From the NCBI RefSeq assembly GCF_964204645.1, contig NC_134029.1, positions 7,528,850 through 7,592,849 on the forward strand: 64,000 nt of DNA. The letters run 5' to 3'. Below are positions 37,701 through 46,140 of the stretch, one piece after another. The translations under genes were made by a program, and so were the position numbers. This DNA comes from Tubulanus polymorphus (taxonomy: Eukaryota > Animalia > Nemertea). The notes under the pieces are model-generated. The model saw nothing but the letters and a program-made list of their open reading frames with translations. It was not told the DNA's origin and did no database searches. Positions within the stretch are counted from its first letter, which is position 1. Every line of letters begins with the position of its first letter.

Positions 37701-40700
37701 TCAAGGTCTCATGATATCCATCCCTGATTATGGCTTTATCGGCATGGTGTGAGCTTGGGTGAGCTTGAGTTAACGGTATATACCAAGATACGTTTGCAAG
37801 ACACCTTTTTACGAGAATATTCTCCTATTTCATCTCCGGAAGGAGGAATTGCGTGTTTACCTATTAACAAGAAGCTTGAGCGTGCATGCTGCGATATACG
37901 CTTGTACACCATTACAAGACATACCAAATTCACCTTGCTTCACTCGGTTATCCATTTTCGAAGTTTTCAATCGCGATTTTAATCGCATATGTAAATCAAT
38001 CGCGACCTCAGCCTGTCGTCGTAGTCGTTATTAATACGGGTATAGATTGTGTTGCTATGATACGCTCAATAATTAACTGGAATCGTTGTCAGTAGACCGG
38101 TTTAACCCGACGGTGAATCGGATATATCAGCCGCCAATTTAGCGAGCTTCCGGGTCAAGGTCGCGGCGATAGCTACTTTTTCAACGTTTCCCAAGACGTC
38201 TCTGATTTCCCATTCCGACTTTGATCGATGCAAACGTGGACGACTCTGACGGATATCCCTTCTGATATAAAGTTTCTCGGAAGGGGAGATTCTTCGGCCT
38301 TTTTTTTCGAAATATATATTTAACTTGAAAAAGAAGAGGGGAAAGCGTAAGATATTCTTCAGAAGGGCCTATCATTTTTTTATCTCCACAAAGCGCAACT
38401 GGTTGCCCTTATATAAACAGTTGGCATATCCTGATATGAACCACATTAAAGAGAATTTCAATATGACGAATTTTCATACTGGGGGTTCTTAGTCGTAATG
38501 ATATTGTACATACACTTCATCCGTCGGTAGAAACCAACAACTTGATATGGGCCCAAGTAGTAATAACTTGTAGAATATCAATGCACCTTGCAACAGTTGT
38601 ATCAGTTTGGAAAATTTGTCCGACTTCCGATATCCAGCAGGTCAGAAAAATATTTCACATCCAAAAAGAATCTATGTTGATATTCAATCGTATTCAAATT
38701 TAACTGAAAACTTTAAATAGGTGAGCAGTTATAGATGAGCTTAATTTTCATGCGTTACATGCATGATGCTTGTTTTCATTAATCGCAATAAACGCACATA
38801 TAGAATATGTAAATTGAACGCATTTTTTATGTAAATAGGTCTTTTTGTTCGGTATGAATCTATAATGAAGTATGTCATTGCCTCGAGAGATTCTGTTCTT
38901 TCAGTGCACCGTCACTAGTGGGTGGGGTGAAGTCGTTTCATCGTCATCAGAAATGCTGCTAACCGTTTAGAATGTGAACTTCGATAGCGCTTATTCGGGG
39001 TTCTGCGGTATCGATCTTCGCGTTATTATTCTCTTGAATTAATTAGTCGATGTAATCTAAAGCTGAGTGAATGCCAAATTAAATAGTTACAAGAATAGAA
39101 AAGTATCATCTACAAACTGTTGAATTTTGAGCTCACCGGGAAGACAGGCATGGTCACTAGTTGTGATAGTCAATCCTTGTTAATAGTTGAGACTTTTTCC
39201 TTCAGTCTTGATGAATATCGTTAAGAGAAACCCACAAACTGTAAGGAAAAAAAACAACGGTTGTTCGAATTGATATTGTGGGTTTCTCTTAATGATATTA
39301 AATCCTCACCGATACCAAACCATTAACTTATTCTTAAAACTGTTCAATCATCTGGACCCAGTTCCACAGTTGTGAGTTAAGATTTAACTCAGAGTTAAGT
39401 CATAGAAAATGAACTGATTTAAATTAGGGTAAACTATAACTTACAACTGTGGAACTGGATCCAGAACATTTTCATGTTAAACCGTAGAAAATTCTATCAC
39501 TGTATCAACTATCGCTATGTTCATTTTTATGTTTCAGATATGCGAAGCACTGATGGACTGCGGCGCCAAGGTCAACGAAATCGACAACGAAGGTCGTCAC
39601 GCTCTGATTCTCGCCGGGCAGGAAGGCCACCTGGACGTCGTGATGACCCTCATCGAGCACGCCGGTCAGTTAGAGATGCGCGCGCACGACGGCAAAAATG
39701 CGTTCCGCGCCGCCGCATTCGAGGGACACCTCGAGGTTGTGCAGTGTTTGATCTGCGACGGTACGGACATCGACTATAAAGACGCCGACGGTCGGTCGAC
39801 GTTGTACGTGTTGGCGTTGGAAAATCGCATCGAGCTGGCGAAATTCCTGCTCGAAAACGGCGCCGACATCGAAGGCTGCGATCTGGAAGGACGTACGCCT
39901 CTGCACGTCGCCTCCTGGCAAGGACATTTAGATATGGTGAAAATGTTACTGGCTCACAGCGCGTACGTCAACGCGGTCGATAACGACAATCGCACGTCGT
40001 TGCAGTCGGCGTCGTGGCAAGGTCATGTGGATATCGTGAAGACGTTGCTGCAACACGGCGCCGACTCAAACCACACGTGCAACCAGGGCGCGACGGCTTT
40101 GTGCATCGCGTCGCAGGAGGGACATGAGGAGGTCGTGCGGCTGTTGTTGCAGTTCAACGCGAATCCGAATCACGCCGACGAGTTTGGCCGCACGGCGCTG
40201 CGCGTCGCGCAGAAAAGCGGCCACAACGACGTGATGAAAATACTGGAGGAGTACGGCGCGAGTATCAACGCAACCAACGGTTTAAACGGACACAAAAGCG
40301 GCTCGTCGTCGGCCGGTTCGAGCATGGAAGGTAAACAGTCGCACGCGTCGAGCGCCGTTTTGACGAACGTTACGACGCTTCCGAACGGCCACTCGTTGCT
40401 GACTCCGTCGGAGTCGCCGGAGTCGACCGTCGATCGACGCAAGTCGTACGTGTCGAATCAGTCGTCGTCGAAGTCGTCAAGTAACCTGACGTCGGGTTCG
40501 TCGACGCCGAATCGCAGCGCAACCGTCGAAGCGCGCATCATTCCGCACATCCCGATTCCGGCCGTTTTGCCGACGAGCGAGCAGCTGTCGTTCACGCAAC
40601 AATTGCAACAGTGCTCAAAAAACAAAAACCGCCAGTCGATCAGTCGCGTGTTGTCACCGGTCAGCGAGCCGCAGAGTCCTGTGCTGTCGTTGCCTGGGTC

Positions 40701-41286
40701 GCCGTTGAGCGAAATCCAAAGCGTCATCGCGACGCGGCTTTCGCCCGAGCACAAACAGTTCACAACGACGCCGAACCCGTCGGCGAAACTCGTGCAGCCG
40801 ATGATGAAAAAACCGGCGGACGCGTCGCAGACGTCGTACGCGACGAGCAACATTCATATCATCATGAATCCGAACGCCGAACTGCTGAGCAGCAACGAAG
40901 ACAACTGCGACGGCGACGCCGACTGCGCCGAGCCGATCTGGCAATTGCACCCGCAGTTGAAGGCGATCAACGCTGCGAACATGGCGAAATTGGAATTACA
41001 ACGGCGTGAGAATACGGACTTGTTGAAATTGACGACCGCCGGCGATATACTGTCATCGACGACGACAGATGGAGGAGAATCTGCGGAGTCGCCCGAGCGT
41101 GATCGCAATAAAAAACGTAACGGAATTGTGACGAATCCGAATTTTCCGGTCGCCGTCAACGGATACATGAACAAACTGGCGAATATTCCCGACAATCGAC
41201 CGGCGTCGAAAATCAGTCACAACGTGATGAAGTCGAAAGCGGTTCGGCCCACTGGATTAGCGATCAAGAAGGAGACGCCTTTATAG
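16751..41286 (+). CDS. ANKRD50: Ankyrin repeat domain-containing protein 50 (P-loop NTPase + ankyrin repeats + PDZ-binding motif), about 1405 aa, 2 coding exons
   Basis: Exon 16751-19219 ([11 protein letters not shown], Walker A GGPGCGKT, ankyrin repeats, ends FEGHRE|GTGAGT) joins in phase 0 to exon 39538-41286 (TTTCAG|[10 protein letters not shown]..., more ankyrin repeats, Ser-rich tail, KKETPL*). An in-frame TAA upstream supports the ATG. Confidence 0.96.
19248..19657. mobile_element. hAT-like non-autonomous element (same family as 5505-5894)
   Basis: CAGGGTACCTACGACTCTTTGATTCC ... GGGACCCTG. Confidence 0.7.
20214..20431. repeat. Minisatellite, about 51-57-bp unit x4
   Basis: GGCCTCTAGTAGTAAAGTCTTCAACATATTTGTCCCAGTGAATTGCCTCGT repeated, with a variable (TAG)n count. 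Confidence 0.9.
22684..22745. repeat. Short tandem duplication
   Basis: TCGTATGGAGACTGGCGTAGGTTAAAAAAA twice. Confidence 0.9.
22981..23408. mobile_element. Degenerate PIF/Harbinger-like MITE
   Basis: Right end GTGTGTGACAGCCT|TAA; internal GTGACAAAATT / AAATTGTCAG symmetry; internal TCACATGA and CCAAT as in the other Harbinger-like copies. Confidence 0.45.
24300..24390. repeat. Dispersed repeat (second copy 55925-56018)
   Basis: TTTGGATTTGAATATAT...AACCAGTCTA...CCGATAT.TTGATGA..TAGTGCACATCCTCTAAAA present at both sites. Confidence 0.75.
24819..25141. mobile_element. hAT-like non-autonomous element (family of 11408-11730)
   Basis: CAGTGTTC ... GAACACTA termini; internal similarity to the USP38-intron copy. 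Confidence 0.7.
26320..26527. repeat. Minisatellite, 25-bp unit x about 8
   Basis: GACCGGGCTCAGCGATGTAGAGACG head to tail, no spacers. Confidence 0.93.
26906..27190. mobile_element. Harbinger-like MITE; related copy at 36991-37251
   Basis: GAGCATTTTT.GCCCG at the left and ACGGGCCAAATTTGAC...GGGCCAAATCGTCTCCG at the right are shared by both copies. Confidence 0.6.
27604..28262. repeat. Diverged tandem repeat, about 175-180-bp unit x about 3.5
   Basis: TGGGTAGTTATGTA recurs at about 27726, 27900, 28083; TGGCCTGTC.TGCTG and CCATTCTG recur with the same period. Confidence 0.85.
32912..33212. mobile_element. MITE with long imperfect TIRs
   Basis: AGTAGGGAT...AAACCCTGCCACACTAGACCGGGTGCGCAG versus CTGCGCACTCGGACTAGTATGGCAGGGTTT...ATCCCTACT. 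Confidence 0.75.
33568..33867. mobile_element. CAG(G/T)GGCGGATC-type non-autonomous element; similar ends at 46654-46912 and 47412-47666
   Basis: AGGGTGGATCC ... TATCCGCCACTG; at 47412 CAGGGGCGGATCTA ... TAAATCAACCCCTG. Confidence 0.5.
34601..34988. mobile_element. hAT-like MITE; degraded relative at about 30340-30640
   Basis: TIR AGGGTTTGTAGCA / TGCTACAAACCCT; internal palindrome GAAAGTGCTGAAAAGTACTTAG / CTAAGTACTTTTCAGCACTTTC. Confidence 0.75.
36991..37251. mobile_element. Harbinger-like MITE (family of 26906-27190)
   Basis: ACTGTGATCACGGGAGCATTTTTGGCCCG ... CGGGCCAAATCGTCTCCGTGTGATCGCAACT. Confidence 0.6.
39216..39297. repeat. Short inverted repeat (22-bp arms)
   Basis: TATCGTTAAGAGAAACCCACAA / TTGTGGGTTTCTCTTAATGATA. 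Confidence 0.8.
39354..39462. mobile_element. Short palindromic MITE
   Basis: CCAGTTCCACAGTTGTGAGTTA ... TAACTTACAACTGTGGAACTGG; family also at 1094 and 12782. Confidence 0.75.
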
Positions 41287-41325
41287 CATTTTGTTGGTGA
41301 GTATCGGCATTTTAGGTCATTCTAA

Positions 41326-41683
41326 AGCCTAGCGCACATCGACACTGCGATTGGAGACAACTAGTTGCTACCGAACGATTACCCTGGGCACATCGAAATC
41401 TAGTTACAACCGGTCAGTTGCAGCAACTGCATGGCGCGTGTCGATCGTCGAGATCCAGAGGGCGCACATCGACGGATATGACTGCAATTGAGTACAACCA
41501 GTTGCTCAAAAGTAGAACATGGGCAACTGGCTGGAACTGGAGATAGATCGACGCTTACCAATCGTAAGCTCTCTCACATCGACACATTCAAGCAACTGAT
41601 CGTATCCAGCCAGTTCCTCTCATGCGCCGAAAACTGCCTTGCAACTAGTTGTCTCCAATCGCAGTGTTGATGTGCGCTAGGCT
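41326..41683. mobile_element. PIF/Harbinger (Tourist-like) MITE with TAA target-site duplication
   Basis: TAA|AGCCTAGCGCACATCGACACTGCGATTGGAGACAACTAGTTGC ... GCAACTAGTTGTCTCCAATCGCAGTGTTGATGTGCGCTAGGCT|TAA (43-bp TIR, 1 mismatch). Confidence 0.92.
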
Positions 41684-41685
41684 TA

Positions 41686-42025
41686 ATGCAGCAGTCAATG
41701 ATAACCCCGTACAACCTGTCGATCAAGCCTGTCGATCAAGCGTTATCGATACGACCGTTTTGATGTCGATGTTGAGTTCCTGACTAGGGGAATGAATAAC
41801 GAGACGAGTAGTACTATATAGGTAAATCTATTTTATTTGACGCACGAGCTTTTGCTACTAATGTAAGCTTCATTGGGTGAATGATACATTAGTAGCAAAA
41901 GCTCGTGCGTCAAATAAATAGTTAACCTATATAGTACTACTCGTCTCGTTACTTATTCTAAACCCAGTTTACAAGGCGAATCTTCTGATTAGGGAGGGAT
42001 ACCGGTTTGTCATTGACCACTGCAT
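41686..42025. mobile_element. TIR element containing a 170-bp near-perfect hairpin (41790-41958)
   Basis: Outer ATGCAGCAGTCAATGATAACCCCGTA / TACCGGTTTGTCATTGACCACTGCAT; inner TAACGAGACGAGTAGTACTATATAGGT...TTTATTTGACGCACGAGCTTTTGCTACTAATGTA and its reverse complement. Confidence 0.8.
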
Positions 42026-42050
42026 AATTCCAGCATGAAGCTGAAGCTTA

Positions 42051-42459
42051 GCTTAGGTCGACTTTCGACCCGTGACTGGATCGTTGTAAGAAGTTGGTAC
42101 ACACTTGTAAGAAGTTGATGCACACGTGACTGCTGATTTTGTTGATCCATTTGTCTAACGATCTGAAAGGCACTTGGGTCGACTATGGTGCGATCATTAC
42201 CGAGTCTCGTGGTTTGTTAACTCGGCATTTGTACTGCTAAGAATCATGTGACACAATACTCGTCGCTGATTGGCTACGATGTTAAGATCGGTCGTCGGAA
42301 ATAGAACTTGTTCAATCCTTCGGCTTACGATCGGTCTGCGATCAGTCTATCCTGGTCATAAGTACACTCAAGTCGAAAAGGTTCCCGATTAAAAAATCCC
42401 GCTCGCACTTGACTGCTTGCACAATCCGACGATCTGATCGGATCTTAGTCGACTTGAGT
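42051..42459. mobile_element. Degenerate Harbinger-like MITE
   Basis: GCTTAGGTCGACT..GA.CCG...GATCG versus CGATCTGATCGGATCTTAGTCGACTTGAGT. Confidence 0.5.
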
Positions 42460-43358
42460 TAGTCTTATTTATATGGCTTAAGACGAATGTTTTAAGAGGC
42501 GTCTAGAATCGTGTTATGAATAATGCTCTCCTAAGCTCATAAGACCGGTAGCCGGTAACAAATGGTCTTAAATCTTCGATCGGCTATATGGAATCAAAAT
42601 CAGACCAGTATTGAATTGGAGCCTCGGATATCCAGAATTCTAATCTGATAGGACATTCACCATTGTTTATGAGACAAATGTATATCACACGATAACAGTG
42701 TATAAATGGCCTTATCTTATTCTCAATAGAAAAAAGAATTGTTTCATCTGATTGGAACACCATTTATTTACAGTAAGGAATGAGAATAAGTGTTTACAAT
42801 GAAATTATATTTAATTATGGCCTTGCTTCACAGTTGAGACTATGTAGTATGAAATAATAGGGGCTGAATTGACGATAACGAATAAAGATGTTAACTATTG
42901 ATAACGAAACAAGAAGCACTATATATTGTTAACTATTCACTGTGTTTTAGTTAGATTGGGTGAAGATTCAGAAGGAGCAAAATATTTCAGCGTATCGCTA
43001 AAAGTCTGGTCCCGGAAGGGTGGTTTTTGGTGATAATATTTGGTCAAATATGGGATTTTGGTTTACTTATCGCGTGTATGGGATTTCGATGTTTACTAGA
43101 CATGGTATGAATATGACCTTCCAGTCTGGTGATTAAAACCTTAAAATCTCTTTAATTCCAGCATCATGTCGATTAAATGTTCAATATGTAGCCTAAGCTG
43201 GTTTTCTCAGTTCTAAGATTTCTTCTTCGATGCTTTCACAATATTATCCTTTTGAATGACAGCCTTTGCCAATGAAAGGACGGCATTTCGGACACCAGAT
43301 CCTTGTATTTATTACTTTAAGAATTAATCAGCTGACATGTGAAATTCTATCCATGACA

Positions 43359-43359
<1 letters not shown>

Positions 43360-43409
<50 letters not shown>
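43360..43409. repeat. (TA)n microsatellite
   Basis: Pure TA run. Confidence 0.98.
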
Positions 43410-43410
<1 letters not shown>

Positions 43411-43624
43411 TATGTATGTATAATTCACTGATCGAGGATTGAGATCTAGTTGGTAGACTTTACTTTATTTCTTTTAATTAGAAAATTACTGAGTACTATT
43501 ATTCAGGGCATTATCAGCTATGTTTGAGATTTCCTAACTGCTACCGAACTGGGCACACTCCTCGTAAGCCTTGTCAAGTGTTATGTGTTTCAGAGCAATG
43601 CACACAGTCACAGAACAAGCCTAA

Positions 43625-44061
43625 AGGTAGGGGCACACGAGCGTATTTTTTCGCCCGATCGCGGCGAATTTATAAATCGCCCGAAAAATTCGCTCGTGTG
43701 GCCACTCACGGCGACGACGATTTCGTCGGCCAACTCGATCGCCCGGCGAATCGCCCGTATCAAACATGTTTGATATTTTCGGCCGATTATTTACGCCGGC
43801 GATCGGATCGCCCGCAAATTCGCTCGTCTGCTCGCACTCAGCGAATTTCGCCGAGCGATCCATTTTTATCAACCAATAGGATGCATTGTTGATATCATGT
43901 GATTCGTTAACTCTCTCCCTCTTAGTGCCAATCGCTGACCGAATTTCGGTTTGATCGCTATGTGTGCCCGCTCGTATCGGGCGTATAATTTCGTCGGCGA
44001 ATTCGCTGGCGAATTTAATCGTCGCGATCAGGCGAAAAAATACGCTCGTGTGTCCCTAGCT
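43625..44061. mobile_element. PIF/Harbinger (Tourist-like) MITE with TAA target-site duplication
   Basis: TAA|AGGTAGGGGCACACGAGCGTATTTTTTCGCCCGATCGCGGCGA ... TCGTCGCGATCAGGCGAAAAAATACGCTCGTGTGTCCCTAGCT|TAA. Confidence 0.92.
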
Positions 44062-44531
44062 TAAAAGGTGTTTCTGATATAAGTCTTGCTGTGTATGCGT
44101 CAGACTTTAGGCTTTTTTCAAATTTGATTTCTCGGAGCACATTTTTCAAGAAGGGATGAAATCGAATATCGAAAAAAGTTTCAATTATATTTAGGCGTTT
44201 AAAATGGAAGGCTGAAAAGAAATAAGTCAAGATAGAAATTTGTTTAGTATTCAAGTATTTTCCACACTTTTAACTGCTGCAGGAAAAAAGATACAGAAAG
44301 GGTTGAAAATCGTGGTGACTTGAATTCAAATGATTGGAGAAATGAAGAAAAAAAAACCTATCTGATATCTGATATCGAACCCGCTACCATATAAAGCAAC
44401 TCTGACTCTGTGAAAGGAGGATGTGGCGTGCAGGATCGAAACGAAAAAACAAAACATTCCCGATGTTTATGTTTTACGATGTTCATACGTCAAAACGTAG
44501 GCTAGATTATTTTCATACTGACACCGACGCC

Positions 44532-44703
44532 GATGATGATGATGATGATGATGATGATAATGATGATGATAATGATGGATCGGTTTTGGTTACGGATTTT
44601 TACGACGTGTATCCATTTCGAGTTTTATAGCAGCGTCATTGACTGTGTGTACGACGACGTACCTCTACAAACGTACCTCTACAAACGTACCTCTACAAAC
44701 GTA
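44532..44703. repeat. (GAT)n microsatellite (44532-44576) and 14-bp tandem repeat x3 (44657-44703)
   Basis: GATGATGAT...; ACGTACCTCTACAA x3. Confidence 0.92.
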
Positions 44704-45635
44704 CGCAGTGAGTCAATGAAGATTCACCTGTTCGGGTTAAGACACGATTTGTGAATTTACTCGTGGGTATTTCTTATCGATCGCGGGAGTTTTTTCGCGA
44801 CAGAATCCCGGCATCGCTTTCAGTTGCTGTCGATCTCTTCTTCGTACTCCGCTTGCCTCCGGTATACGTACATCAAAATATTGGCCGATATTTTTTCGAA
44901 ACGGAGAATAATTGTCAATTCTGTTTCATCCGCCTGCCTGTTTCCAGATCGGTACCATATATGGTGGCTGAAATTTTGGATGGCGTCATTATGTAGGTCG
45001 ATTTATCTGAGAACTCGATTATTCATAAAACCGAAGTTTAACCATTGCCAAAACCGCAGACTCGGCACTGTTGCGGAAAGTAGTTCAACTCCTGCATACG
45101 ACGTAAAGCTCGAAATTCCTTTTCAACAAATTTTTCAACAAAGTTAAAACTATGAATGGGATTCTAGTAATTGACACACTTATCAATTTCAGTTGGGACT
45201 AGTTATACCAGACGATAAGATCTATACCAGTAAACTAGAATTGATAGGCCTGGCTCTAATTGCCGTCGTTCCATGGCTCGATTTGAATGAACTAACAAAG
45301 GTGGAACACGCGCATAATCCGATTGTTAAAACGCCGAATCTGTTGATCAATCTGTACTCATTAAGATTGATTAAGATTCGAATTGCATCCGTCTGTCTTT
45401 CGACGGCAGTTGATATAACGCTGCATCTATCGAGCTAGTGATGCATAATTAGAAAGTGATTCCCTTCCTCTCTATCCCTGCCTGTAATGTACATGAGGAA
45501 GATGAACTGAACTGTCTACTAGGAGATCGTAAATATTATTATGGCATCGATTTTTCCGTTCGTGAAAATCATAAAACGATGTGTCGTGGATTAGTTTTTG
45601 AAGACACAGAGGTCAGAATATTATCAGTGATTGGG

Positions 45636-46140
45636 GTTTGAAATATCAGAGATCAGCCGGGTTTGACATAGCAGGGGTAAGGGTTTTGAAATATCAGGGG
45701 TCAGGGTTTTGAAATATCAGGGGTCAGGGTTTTGAAATATCAGGGGTCAGGGCTTGACATATCAGGTGTCAGGATTTGGAGTATCAGGGATCAGGGTTTG
45801 GAGTATCAGGGATCAGGGTTTGTAAATCAGGGATCAGGGTTTGTAATATCAGGGATCAGGGTTTGGAATATCAGGGATCAGGGTTTGTAAATCAGGAATC
45901 AGGGTTTGAAATATCAGGGATCAGGGTTTGAAATATCAGGGATCAGGGTTTAGAATATCAGGAATCAGGGTTTGAAATATCAGGGATCAGGGTTTGAAAT
46001 ATCAGGAATCAGGGTTTGAAATATCAGGGATCAGGGTTTGGAATATCAGGAATCGGGGTTTGAAATATCAGGGGCTAGAGTTTGAAGTATCAGGGGTCAG
46101 AGTTTGAAATATCAGGAATCAGGGTTTTGAAGTATCAGGG
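45636..46140. repeat. Minisatellite, 22-bp unit x about 22
   Basis: GAAATATCAGGGATCAGGGTTT repeated head to tail. Confidence 0.95.

Noticed and set aside
22376-38726. AG|GT sites (TTTTCCAG|GTATTT at about 22385, AAATAG|GTGAGC at about 38720) as recursive splice points
   Set aside because: Each has either a weak donor or a weak pyrimidine tract, and such matches are expected by chance in 20 kb.
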